IMG/VR virus record: IMGVR_UViG_3300022918_000112
Coordinates: 1-60,112 of that record
Strand: one strand, 5' to 3'
Source of the DNA: a virus
Taxonomy: Duplodnaviria; Caudoviricetes
Length of the DNA: 60,112 bases
The position numbers and the translations under genes are program-made. The notes below the pieces were generated by a model. It was not told the origin of the DNA. It did no database searches and saw nothing but the letters and a program-made list of their open reading frames with translations. Each line of letters starts with the position of its first letter. Within the stretch, counting starts at the first letter, position 1. This document shows positions 36,877-45,928 of the stretch, in pieces.

Positions 36877-37989
36877 TCAACCTGGTGGAGCCCCGAGTGT
36901 AACGCCTGCCCGGGTGAACATGTCAGGCTCAATGGCCTTCAGTTCGGCCAGGGTCAGCGGCTTGAACTTCTTGTCGAGCTGCAACATGGCGAACTTCTCA
37001 GGCGTCAGGCCACCGTCGCGGAACAACTTGCCCCGCACCGGCCCGAGAGCATGGTCCTGGAAACGCGCCGGCTGCGTTGCCAGCCATTCGTAATAATTCA
37101 GACCGGCGTCGACCTGCCCGGCCCCGTTGTCGCCAATCGATGCCCGCGTGGCGTCTTTCGCGAACAACTCCGAAAGCCTGGTAGTCGGGACGGTCGTCGA
37201 TCGGCAGTTGATGTGCGCCGGCGGCAATGGCCCCTTGCCCAGGTCGAAGCGCATTCCGTCCAGGCCCTTGCATTGCTGTGAAGTCTTTCGGTCGAGCGTC
37301 GACACCCAGCGATAGCCCAGCACGACGTCGCTGTTCGCCTTTAGCGTTTTCATGCGTGCCGTTGTGGCCACATGCTGAATCGCCGTCTGCACCACTGATG
37401 CCGCATTGCGGTTGCTCACCGCGAGAATGCCGTCGGTGAAGTTCTGCGCTGCGGTGCCGCGCACGGCTTGGATGATCTGGGCGTTCGTCTGGCCCTGGCC
37501 GAAGCCCAGCCGTATCGTGTTTGTCACCCTCATGGTTTCGGTTCTGGTCCAACCACTGAGAAAACTCTTCAGCAGTTTGCCGCCGTCCAACCCTTTGACC
37601 TGAAGCGGATACGAGAACACCGCGGCGCGGATCACTGCGTTGGCCGGGATCACTGCGTCAATCGACATCGCATGGCTGAGGCTGTTGGCCTCGAAGGTGG
37701 ACTCATACAGCGCGATGTCCACCAGATCTGTTTGCACCACATCACCGAAGGCCTTGTAGATCTCCAGTAGCTTGCCGTCGACCCTCGCAAGGAACTGCTC
37801 AAGGCGATCACGGCTGTAGGTCGTCAACTCCTTACGGGTCAGTTGCTCCCGCACCAGAGTGTCGATCTGGCGCAGGTACTTCTCGAACTTCTTGACCTCG
37901 CCGGCCTTAAGCCGCTCGATCATCACTGAGTGACGGGTCGTCTGCTCCAGCAGCTGGCTGTCGGCCTGTTCCTGGTTTGCTGTTGGCAT
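36877..37989 (-). CDS. Minor head protein (Mu gpF / SPP1 gp7-like)
   Basis: WVSTLDRKTSQQC, PPAHINCRST. Confidence 0.88.
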   Translation of the reverse strand: MPTANQEQADSQLLEQTTRHSVMIERLKAGEVKKFEKYLRQIDTLVREQLTRKELTTYSRDRLEQFLARVDGKLLEIYKAFGDVVQTDLVDIALYESTFEANSLSHAMSIDAVIPANAVIRAAVFSYPLQVKGLDGGKLLKSFLSGWTRTETMRVTNTIRLGFGQGQTNAQIIQAVRGTAAQNFTDGILAVSNRNAASVVQTAIQHVATTARMKTLKANSDVVLGYRWVSTLDRKTSQQCKGLDGMRFDLGKGPLPPAHINCRSTTVPTTRLSELFAKDATRASIGDNGAGQVDAGLNYYEWLATQPARFQDHALGPVRGKLFRDGGLTPEKFAMLQLDKKFKPLTLAELKAIEPDMFTRAGVTLGAPPG

Positions 37990-39367
37990 CTTCTTTGTCC
38001 AGGTTGAGGCCGGCCGATTCGCGCTCGTCGCTGATCAGTTCGGCTTCTTCGTCGTAGAGGCGTTCCGGTAGTTTCCCGGTCGTGAGGTACTGCCAGTAGG
38101 TGTCGGCGCTGATGGTGCCGGCCATGACGCTCTTCTGAAGCTCGCCCAGTACCTGAGGGTCGACCTGTGGAATCACGAACTCAGGGTTGACCTTGAACGT
38201 CACCTGCTTCGGGTCGTAACCCTTCCATTCAGCGGCGTACCGCAACGCCTGCTCTACCGCCTCAGCCACCGTAATGACAATGCTGTGCAGAGTGGCATGC
38301 TGATCGTTCTGGCGCGTCTTGCGCGCCTCCCCCGACTCAGTGCCGCCAACGTCCATCACCTTGGCGCCAGCCTCAACAGCGGCGTTGCGCTGGTCATCCA
38401 TGGCCTTGCGGACGGCTTCAATGCCAGCGCCTTGGAATTCCAAATAGCCACACTTGCCGAGCGGCCCGAGATCCCAGGCGGCAGACGGACCGGTAACACT
38501 GAGTTCCACCGTCTCATCCATGCCCGACACCCACGGTTGCGGGTGGCTGGTCTGGTGCAGAGCGGTGAAGTAGTCAGCGCTGAGCTGGTAGGACTTCAAC
38601 GCGGCCCGGGCCATCGTTAGCAGCGGCACTTCGTCGACGTCTGGTGAATTGTCCGTCGAGCCGCAGTAGATGACCGGCAGAAACTCTAGGCCTCGCACCA
38701 GGCGATTGTCGGTGCCGGTTGTGCCGAGCGGCTTCAAATCCTCAATGACCTCTCCGTTTTCACCCAGCACCTCGCTGTGACACACGCTGCCGATCATCTT
38801 GAAGACCCGGTAAACCATCTTGCAGTCGTGGTCGAACTCATCCTCTTTGTCGTCTCGAAACTCAATGAATACGGCTAGCACCAGGTCTTGTCGGCCGCCT
38901 TGACTGCCGACCTTCCAGTTGATGGCGTTGCGGGTGGCATAGGTCGAGAAATACGGCTCGCCTGCATCGTCGATGTTCACCACCAGCGGCACCCGGCCAT
39001 GGGAAATGGCCTGGCGCACCATTCGGAAGAACAACTGCTTTAGGCCGAAGCCGTCCGAAGTAGCATTGTCTTCCAGCCCTTTCAGACCAGACGGCAATGC
39101 GATTTCAGGAATCAGCCGGGTCACCAGACCCATCATCGACCGCAGCGAGTCGCGCACCCAGTGCTCGTACTGAGCGCGGTTTGTATAGTTCTGATACAGG
39201 TATTTGTTGCCAGTTGCGTCGAGCTTTTCAGCCTCCACCATGCCGCTGGGCTTCGGCAGATTCCGACCGTTGCGCTTGATGGCGCCCTCACCTTCGAGCG
39301 CGTCGTCCATCATTTCCCATTCGGCGATGTGCGCGTCGAAGTCGGGGTTTGTCGATTGCACTGGCAT
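37907..39367 (-). CDS. Portal protein (DUF4055 type)
   Basis: 486 aa directly after terminase; INW, YQLSADY, ESGEA. Confidence 0.85.
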   Translation of the reverse strand: MPVQSTNPDFDAHIAEWEMMDDALEGEGAIKRNGRNLPKPSGMVEAEKLDATGNKYLYQNYTNRAQYEHWVRDSLRSMMGLVTRLIPEIALPSGLKGLEDNATSDGFGLKQLFFRMVRQAISHGRVPLVVNIDDAGEPYFSTYATRNAINWKVGSQGGRQDLVLAVFIEFRDDKEDEFDHDCKMVYRVFKMIGSVCHSEVLGENGEVIEDLKPLGTTGTDNRLVRGLEFLPVIYCGSTDNSPDVDEVPLLTMARAALKSYQLSADYFTALHQTSHPQPWVSGMDETVELSVTGPSAAWDLGPLGKCGYLEFQGAGIEAVRKAMDDQRNAAVEAGAKVMDVGGTESGEARKTRQNDQHATLHSIVITVAEAVEQALRYAAEWKGYDPKQVTFKVNPEFVIPQVDPQVLGELQKSVMAGTISADTYWQYLTTGKLPERLYDEEAELISDERESAGLNLDKEDANSKPGTGRQPAAGADDPSLSDDRAA

Positions 39368-40857
39368 CAGGCCAATCCTCCAATACGGCGGACACCGCCT
39401 GTGCGTTTGCGCCTACCCATCGACACAGCGAAGTAGCGGAATGCGTCCGCGCCGTGAGATGACCAGTCGTGTAAGGGTTTGTCTTTCCAGCAGCCGCGCT
39501 TGTCGTCCCACTCTTTGCGGTAGTTCTCCAGGCAGGAAATACCCAGTTCGCATTTCGACTCATCAAAGGCGCATGCCGGAAGGATCTCCCGAACCTGCTC
39601 AATGCCCTCGTCGATGCCGAGCTTTGGAACCACGCTGAACTTGAGGCTGTATTTCTGCCCATCAATCTCGTAGCCCTCTCGGGCCAGCTCGCGGCGAGTC
39701 TTGCCGTCGCTGCCGAACTCTCGGTTGTCGATGTCGTGCGGCCCCCAGTGATCGCCATACGTGTATTTGCGGTCCTTGAGCACCTTCATGTAGTGCCGAA
39801 GGCCCTCACCGCTATTCTCGTAGAAGTCGATGACGTGGTATTCCTCGCCAACGATCCGGACAAACCAGATGGCCGTGGAGTCGCCGACACCAATGTCCCA
39901 AATTGTATGGACCGGTAGATGGCTGTTGTCTGGTAGTGGGCCGATGCGCTGAGCCGCGTAGAGCTTGGTGAACTGCTTGGCGTAATAAGCGCCTTCGATC
40001 GACTGCTGGAAGGCTTCGGTCGGCAGAGATGGGTATTCCCGCTTCATGTCGTCGCCGAGCGTCTTCTCCTTGGCCGCGTACCAGGCGCGCTGGCCGTCGT
40101 TCGTGACGATGCCGTGTTTGGCGTGCAACTCGTTGAAATAATCGGACAGGCGCTGCGGGATGACCACGTCGGTAGGGTCAAGCGAGTAGGCCTTGTTCTT
40201 CCACCAACTGAAAAAGAAGAACTTCCAATCCAGCAAGCCAAGAGGTACGCCGGCCAGTTGTTGGCGCTCAGCACTCTGCGAGTAATCGAAGAAGTAGCCG
40301 GCCCGGCCTTCCGCCGTTGATTCAATCGTGACGAAACAGTCGGTGGCCACGGCCTCGAAGGCGCCAGTGACAATCTCGCGGGCCTTGTGGGGAAACTTGG
40401 CGCAGATCTTCCCGAACTCGGACACATGCAGGTAGCGCAGCGTGCCACCCCGGAAGGACGTGGAGACGTAGAGCGAACCGCCTTTACTGAACACCAGCTC
40501 GCCGGCAGCATCGTTGCTCGCTGGGTTGGCAGCGCGGATCTCCGCCGGCAGATTGTCGTAGGCGTACTTCACCTTCTCGCGGAACAAGCGCTTTGCATCG
40601 TTCAGGGTGTGAGCGATCAACGCGCACTTGGCCGACTCGAACAGAGCCGCGTCCAGCTGGATGATGCAACACTCGGTTGTGAATCCGAGCTGCCGAGCCT
40701 TCAGGATGATGTTGCGAGTGTGCATCCCATCGAAGTACTCGATCTGCTCGTCCGTCATCCGGAAGCGGACCTTTTTGCCCTGCTTGTCCGTGATGAAGTA
40801 GAGGTTATTCAGGCGCCAACGCTTGTCCCGGAGCAGCTTCAAGTGCTCGGGCTTCAT
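39367..40857 (-). CDS. Terminase large subunit
   Basis: LKARQLGFTT Walker A variant, ESTAEG, WDIG, HGADAFRY. Confidence 0.93.
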   Translation of the reverse strand: MKPEHLKLLRDKRWRLNNLYFITDKQGKKVRFRMTDEQIEYFDGMHTRNIILKARQLGFTTECCIIQLDAALFESAKCALIAHTLNDAKRLFREKVKYAYDNLPAEIRAANPASNDAAGELVFSKGGSLYVSTSFRGGTLRYLHVSEFGKICAKFPHKAREIVTGAFEAVATDCFVTIESTAEGRAGYFFDYSQSAERQQLAGVPLGLLDWKFFFFSWWKNKAYSLDPTDVVIPQRLSDYFNELHAKHGIVTNDGQRAWYAAKEKTLGDDMKREYPSLPTEAFQQSIEGAYYAKQFTKLYAAQRIGPLPDNSHLPVHTIWDIGVGDSTAIWFVRIVGEEYHVIDFYENSGEGLRHYMKVLKDRKYTYGDHWGPHDIDNREFGSDGKTRRELAREGYEIDGQKYSLKFSVVPKLGIDEGIEQVREILPACAFDESKCELGISCLENYRKEWDDKRGCWKDKPLHDWSSHGADAFRYFAVSMGRRKRTGGVRRIGGLA

Positions 40858-40858
40858 G

Positions 40859-41467
40859 TCAGGCTTCCTTCGATAGATCGTCCATCAGTTTCGATAGCTC
40901 GTCGGCGTCGTTGCCGCCAGTCTTGGTGTCGAGGTCGTAGGCTTGGCGCTCCAGGGAGATCAGGGTCTTTAGCGTCTCGGCCATTTCCTTCATCGTTTTG
41001 GAGCGGCCAGGTAGATCAATAATCTTCTGGTACAGGTCGTTGCGCTTGTCCTGACCGTTGTCGTCTTCGGAGCGCATCAGCTCGCCCAACTCTTCGAACA
41101 GGTGACGGTTGTCTGTTAGCCCTTCGAGCTCATCCAGCAGTTTGTTCGTGAGGCGTCGGCCGCGTGAAATGTCGCCACGGTGAGCCATGCGGATGTTCGC
41201 AATGACTTCGGCGTTTACCTCGATGATCTCTCTTTCGGTATCCGCCTGTTTGCTGGATACCTCAGTGGATACCGTGCGTTTGGATACCAGCGCATCGGCC
41301 TTGGCTTGGATCTTCGCCTTGAGGTTTCGCTCCCAACCATCCCGCTTGGCGCGCTTGTTGATGGCGCCGTGGGTAATGCCTTGCGTCGATGCGATCTCTC
41401 GGATTGAAAGCAACCCGGCCCGGTAGGCGCGTTCGATTGCCTCCCAGTCGGGTTGCTTCGTTGTCAT
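40859..41467 (-). CDS. Terminase small subunit
   Basis: DWEAIERAYRAG HTH, AINKRAKRDGW; upstream of TerL. Confidence 0.85.
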   Translation of the reverse strand: MTTKQPDWEAIERAYRAGLLSIREIASTQGITHGAINKRAKRDGWERNLKAKIQAKADALVSKRTVSTEVSSKQADTEREIIEVNAEVIANIRMAHRGDISRGRRLTNKLLDELEGLTDNRHLFEELGELMRSEDDNGQDKRNDLYQKIIDLPGRSKTMKEMAETLKTLISLERQAYDLDTKTGGNDADELSKLMDDLSKEA

Positions 41468-41484
41468 TCAAAATCTCCACCCAC

Positions 41485-41510
41485 AAAAAACCCAGCAGGA
41501 AAGCTGGGTT
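41485..41510 (-). terminator. Terminator after the two-gene moron
   Basis: AACCCAGC/GCTGGGTT stem with T6 tail on the minus strand. Confidence 0.7.
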
Positions 41511-41531
41511 CAGTTTGATGCCTCTACGTTA

Positions 41532-41807
41532 TTAATTCAGTTGGTAGTAGGTGATAACCACAGCCACGATTACTGTTATCACACCGCCGATTGTTGCCTT
41601 AATGGTGTTTTCGACAATCCAAAAACGAACTTTCGAACTCAATTTCTCTGGTCCTTCTGGCGCCATGCCGACTGGTTTCGGGTTTCCTGCATGGCAGTTC
41701 TCAGCTTCCACGCGTTTTAGGCGCTCTCCTTTCATCAAAGCATCTGCTGTTGTTGTGCAGTTTTTCGCCTTGATGTCCTCAGAGTCCTTGAAATCAAACA
41801 TCGCCAT
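41532..41807 (-). CDS. Small protein: two beta-helix-like rungs plus C-terminal TM helix
   Basis: AGGAG RBS; TIGGVITVIVAVVITYY TM. Confidence 0.7.
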   Translation of the reverse strand: MAMFDFKDSEDIKAKNCTTTADALMKGERLKRVEAENCHAGNPKPVGMAPEGPEKLSSKVRFWIVENTIKATIGGVITVIVAVVITYYQLN

Positions 41808-42054
41808 GAACTGCTCTCCTTACCAGGACCGCGAGTGGAGTAGGACGACTAATCCAGCCTCGATCGTCATGCACCAGATTTGTCATCTGCAGCCCCTTAA
41901 CTCGCGCGCCTTTAACAGCCGTACGTGTCTCGAAATTAGCATCTATCAGATTTATACTTTCGGAGTCTGAGATATCAAACCCAACTTCCATCCCCTTCGC
42001 GCTTGGACCAGTGAAAGTTAGATTTTTACAGTTGCGAATCATAAAACCAGCCAT
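41794..42054 (-). CDS. Small protein with three ~22-aa beta-helix-like rungs
   Basis: GAGG RBS; GFMIRNCKNLTF / GFDISDSESINL / AVKGARVKGLQM periodicity. Confidence 0.65.
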   Translation of the reverse strand: MAGFMIRNCKNLTFTGPSAKGMEVGFDISDSESINLIDANFETRTAVKGARVKGLQMTNLVHDDRGWISRPTPLAVLVRRAVHGDV

Positions 42055-42143
42055 CACGATCGCCCTCGTTGGTGATGGCATAAAGATAGCATCTCCACCA
42101 ACGTCCGATAGAAATCTCCCAGATTCGCGAAACGTGTCGCGGA

Positions 42144-42641
42144 CTACTTGATGTTCTGGGCGGCCGTATATGCCGCCTCACACGCAAAGCCAGCTATTCG
42201 ACTTCGGTCAAGCGCCTCTGCCAGGCTTCCCGCTCTTTCGTCAGCGCTTCTACGCAGGTCGGCGAGCAGAACGGTAAGGTCGGCTCTTGCCTTGCCTCCG
42301 CTGGCAACCTCGGCAGTACAGGACTTTCGCCCGGCAATGAGGTCGGTGATTTGCTGCTGCAAGCTGCGAGCCCGGCTATCAGCAATAGCAACGGTAGCCG
42401 TAACATGTTCAGTCTTGGCTTTCGCATCGTCGGAGACTCGGTTGATGTCATCAGTGATTTGGCGTTGCAGGCGCAGTGTGTTGCCGAGTGAAGTCACCCG
42501 AGCATTGGCCATGTCGAGCTCGGCCACCACGAGTGCGCGCTCAGCCTTCACGCCATCCAGCCGCCACGAGAGGTAGCTGATGGATGCCAGCGCAGCCAGG
42601 GCGAACCACAACCACATCGGAACCATCCGAAGAAGAGTCAC
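42144..42641 (-). CDS. Rz-like i-spanin
   Basis: N-terminal TM, coiled coil, RIAGFACEAAY end. Confidence 0.8.
   Translation of the reverse strand: MTLLRMVPMWLWFALAALASISYLSWRLDGVKAERALVVAELDMANARVTSLGNTLRLQRQITDDINRVSDDAKAKTEHVTATVAIADSRARSLQQQITDLIAGRKSCTAEVASGGKARADLTVLLADLRRSADERAGSLAEALDRSRIAGFACEAAYTAAQNIK
42194..42451 (-). CDS. Rz1-like o-spanin nested in Rz
   Basis: LLLLIAGLAAC lipobox, Pro-rich, C-terminal CSPTC; true start probably ~42427. Confidence 0.7.
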   Translation of the reverse strand: MTSTESPTMRKPRLNMLRLPLLLLIAGLAACSSKSPTSLPGESPVLPRLPAEARQEPTLPFCSPTCVEALTKEREAWQRRLTEVE

Positions 42642-42982
42642 GGGGTCTTTCTCTCTGATGCCTTGCCGACATTGTCGCAGGTCATGCAGTGCTCACAGTT
42701 CAGCGTTCGGCAGAGCCATGCTTTCACCGGCTGCCAGTACGTGACCATGAAGATGTGGCGGGCGCCGGCAAAAGCCAGAGACACATGCAACGTCAGCCCT
42801 GCTGTGGTCGGGCCGAAGAAGATGTTCTGACTCCGAACCATCACCACAAAACCGCTGATGGCGATCGTCGAGTAGATCAGCTTGCCGAGGATGCCGTCCC
42901 TCACCTTCCCGCTCAGTACACACCAGGTTGCCCACAACGAAATCAGGCCTACCGCGATGGAGTTGATCAGTTCGTAATTCAT
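42638..42982 (-). CDS. Holin-associated membrane protein
   Basis: Three TM segments, coupled to the holin. Confidence 0.65.
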   Translation of the reverse strand: MNYELINSIAVGLISLWATWCVLSGKVRDGILGKLIYSTIAISGFVVMVRSQNIFFGPTTAGLTLHVSLAFAGARHIFMVTYWQPVKAWLCRTLNCEHCMTCDNVGKASERKTP

Positions 42983-43308
42983 GGTGGATTGCCTCCCCCG
43001 AACCGCTGGCGGATAAGCGCCCAGAGGTCAGCGGCTTTGATGGCTCGGTTGATTGCCAGCAGAAGCGAGCCTCCGAAGGTCCCCAACAGAAAACCGATCC
43101 CGGCAACGATGCTCGGCTCGGTCACGTTCAGGTAGGCGCTCACCATGCCGGTCAGGTACAGGGCGCAGACAATACCGGTGAACAGGAATTTTCCCCAGGC
43201 ACGCCAATCGGTCAGGTCTTCCTTGTGCCACCAGCTGGCGACGATCGCCCCAATAAGGCCAGCGATAACCCACTCGATTCTGTCGAGCAGGCGATGCAAT
43301 AGATCCAT
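42979..43308 (-). CDS. Holin
   Basis: Three TM segments, GGAG RBS, first gene of the lysis block. Confidence 0.75.
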   Translation of the reverse strand: MDLLHRLLDRIEWVIAGLIGAIVASWWHKEDLTDWRAWGKFLFTGIVCALYLTGMVSAYLNVTEPSIVAGIGFLLGTFGGSLLLAINRAIKAADLWALIRQRFGGGNPP

Positions 43309-43430
43309 GCGCTCGACTCCGTGGGGCATGTTTGAAATAGGCCAGCCCCAGCAGCACTCCCAGCTCAGAGCGATGGGTGTGGTGGAGCCGAAAACGAAAA
43401 AGCCCCGCACGATAGCGAGGCCTTGAAATT

Positions 43431-43630
43431 GGTGTGAGGGTCTTTCCCCTCCTGTCTGCCGAAGACCTTCTCTGCGTCGACGCCCTATTGCATCGATCTC
43501 GCAGATTCAGTCTCGCGCCACCCCGGAGCATGTACGGCCAGGGTTCGCGGGCTGCCGGTGTTTTCTCGTGTCACTGCACTTGCCGGCGTATCAGTGTCCA
43601 GGCCTTCCCGAAGGCTGCCCTGGCTACAGA
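43431..43630 (-). ncRNA. Candidate multi-hairpin RNA in the late leader
   Basis: Five consecutive hairpins with G-U pairs favouring the minus strand, between two terminator-like repeats. Confidence 0.45.
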
Positions 43631-43685
43631 TGAAATTGAGGCAATAAAAACCCGGCGCTTGGCCGGGTCTAAAAAGTATGAGAAC

Positions 43686-44066
43686 TCAAGATTCTAGTTG
43701 ATGCAAAATTCTACGGATCTCTCCAGCATCAATCGTGGCCTGCATTGACTCGAAGAGTAAGACCACGTTGGAGCCTTGTAGCACATCGTAAAGCTCATCT
43801 CCGAACTCAGTTCTCCGTACCGCCCCAAGACTGCCAACGCCACGATTGGGATTTGAGGCCTTCTCAATCAGGCCAACGAACTCCATTTGCTCTGCCAGCT
43901 GTTCCGCCCAAGGACGAACATCTTCCGTTGACGGAAGGTCGCTTTCTCCAAGACTCTCGAGATGTCTGCGGTATGCAGACCCCACGAGTGACGGAGCAAA
44001 GGATTGCCCCTCATTGGCGGAGGCCAGAATTCGTTTAACCAGCTCCCACATCTCCATGCACATCAC
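43686..44066 (-). CDS. Moron, DUF2513-like winged-helix protein
   Basis: WELVKRIL...VGLIE...RTEFGDELYD; terminators on both sides. Confidence 0.6.
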   Translation of the reverse strand: MMCMEMWELVKRILASANEGQSFAPSLVGSAYRRHLESLGESDLPSTEDVRPWAEQLAEQMEFVGLIEKASNPNRGVGSLGAVRRTEFGDELYDVLQGSNVVLLFESMQATIDAGEIRRILHQLES

Positions 44067-44209
44067 TCCCTTGAAATTAGGATGACTGTGCCATGACTGC
44101 AGAAAATAAAAAACCCGGCTCGATGGCCGGGTTCAGGTGTTCGTGTGCGTGTTGCGTGAATTGCGCACTATGGGAAAAGTACGCGCAATTCCCCGTCATG
44201 TCAATATGT

Positions 44210-44887
44210 TTATGCCGCCTCTTCTTCCTTTTCCGCGTGAATGACCTGCCATACCGGCTGCTGCGCCTGAATATCCACTTCCTTGATGACTTCTTTCAGG
44301 GATTCCCATAGGTCGAGCCAGTCGCGCGTCCAGTTTTTCGGATCAATCGTCACGCCGAAGAAGGTCTTCATCTCGGCGGCGACCCGAGCCGGCCCCCACT
44401 CAGCCGCCCCGACCACTTCCCCTTTGTACGATTGCAGCGCCAAAGTCACCAAGTACTGCGCCTTCACGCGCTTGGCCGAAGTGAGGTCTGGCAACTTGGC
44501 ATGGGCGGTGATCAGCAGCACAGCATTCATGACGTGGCGCATGGTCATCGCCGGGTGGTACAGGTAGTGCCCGAACTGTTGTACCTGGAACGGCAGCGTG
44601 TCGATGGCGCGCAAGACCTTGCCGATGGTTGCCAGGTGCGCGGCGCGGGCGGTAGATCGGCCAATAGGTGTGCGGCGAGTCTCGCTGATACTGATCTTCT
44701 GCCGAACGATCTGGATGCGTTCTTCCTTGTCATCGCCCAAGGCTGCAAACACGGCTTCGTGGCGGCGCATTCGGCTGCCCTTCTGTACCGGCGCCGACTC
44801 CGCCTTCTCAATCGCCACAGCGCTGATCGACGCGTTCGATTCGTGCTGCGACTCAGTCCATACCTGCCTTGCGTTGATCAGCTTCAT
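44210..44887 (-). CDS. Putative late regulator / Q-like antiterminator
   Basis: Position after ninG and before lysis genes; KLINARQVW start. Confidence 0.65.
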   Translation of the reverse strand: MKLINARQVWTESQHESNASISAVAIEKAESAPVQKGSRMRRHEAVFAALGDDKEERIQIVRQKISISETRRTPIGRSTARAAHLATIGKVLRAIDTLPFQVQQFGHYLYHPAMTMRHVMNAVLLITAHAKLPDLTSAKRVKAQYLVTLALQSYKGEVVGAAEWGPARVAAEMKTFFGVTIDPKNWTRDWLDLWESLKEVIKEVDIQAQQPVWQVIHAEKEEEAA

Positions 44888-45459
44888 GCTGCTTCCCTCT
44901 TCAGTTCTTTGGTCTTCGCCAGGTAATCGGCCTTGATGGTTTTCAGGTCTTCAATGGTGTAGCGCTTCGGGTCGTGTGGCCCCTCCAACCAATCCACCTT
45001 GTCGGCGCCGATGCGCTTCACCAGCTCGATGCGGTAATTCACGATGTCGCCGGACTTGTGCGTGTTGCAGGGCGAGCATTGCCGGTGGCAGTTCAGCGGT
45101 TCGAATCGCAGTGCCGGATTACTCCCTACAGTCCGGTAATGCCCGGCGTCGTACTTGCCCTGGTGGTGTCGGCCGCAGCTGATGCACGGCAGAGCCGCGT
45201 CACGCTCACGAACCCAGGCGTTGAATGCGGTCTGAGCCTCTTTCATGTACTGCCCTTTCGGCTTGATCCGCTCTTTAGCTGCGCGGATCTCCTTGCGGCC
45301 TATATCGGCCAACGATTTGCGCGCTTTCTCTTCGTTTACGTGCTTGATGGCCAGTCCGCACTTAGGGCTGCACACGGCCTGACCCAGGCGCTGCGGCGGG
45401 AAGCTGATGCCGCACGCCGGGTTCTTGCAGGTTTTCGGCTTGGGTTGCTTGGCGATCAT
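44884..45459 (-). CDS. ninG: NinG/Rap recombination endonuclease
   Basis: CSPKC, CISCG, YDAGHYRTVG, LRFEPLNCHRQC. Confidence 0.9.
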   Translation of the reverse strand: MIAKQPKPKTCKNPACGISFPPQRLGQAVCSPKCGLAIKHVNEEKARKSLADIGRKEIRAAKERIKPKGQYMKEAQTAFNAWVRERDAALPCISCGRHHQGKYDAGHYRTVGSNPALRFEPLNCHRQCSPCNTHKSGDIVNYRIELVKRIGADKVDWLEGPHDPKRYTIEDLKTIKADYLAKTKELKREAA

Positions 45460-45926
45460 GCAGCCTCCTTGCTGAGCAGATCGGTGAACACCACGCCCTG
45501 GCCGGTGAAGAACGCGGCGATGCGGTCGGTGTACTGAATGCCCTGGGCGCGATTGAACAGGCTGGTCACCGGGAATCCGTCAGGGCCGAACAGCTTGCAC
45601 TCACCCATCATGGCCAGCTTCTCTTCGTAGGGCAGATGGCGCATGACCCGGTACCAAGCAGCCTGGAATCCTGAATCCTCGTTCAGCAGGATCTGCACAC
45701 CGAAGTGCAGCTTGCAGTAGCGCCGAGCATCGGCCGCATCGCCGATCTGGGTCATCTCAGCGATGCGCTTGTACATCCCAAACCACAGCGAGTTCTGATC
45801 AAGCGTGCGGTCCTTGCCCGGGCGCAGGGAGACCACGACGAACTTCTTGTCGCGGTACATGGTGGTCAGGCAGGTGATGGCCTCGGAGAGCTTGGCCTGG
45901 CTGTTGACGCTGATCTTGTCGGTCAT
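45456..45926 (-). CDS. NinB-like protein
   Basis: RTLDQNSLW motif; adjacent to ninG. Confidence 0.7.
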   Translation of the reverse strand: MTDKISVNSQAKLSEAITCLTTMYRDKKFVVVSLRPGKDRTLDQNSLWFGMYKRIAEMTQIGDAADARRYCKLHFGVQILLNEDSGFQAAWYRVMRHLPYEEKLAMMGECKLFGPDGFPVTSLFNRAQGIQYTDRIAAFFTGQGVVFTDLLSKEAA

Positions 45927-45928
45927 GA

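Noticed and set aside
37907-37989. Portal frameshift suggested by the 83-nt overlap with the minor head gene
   Set aside because: Both frames are intact and the overlap is only a low-complexity tail
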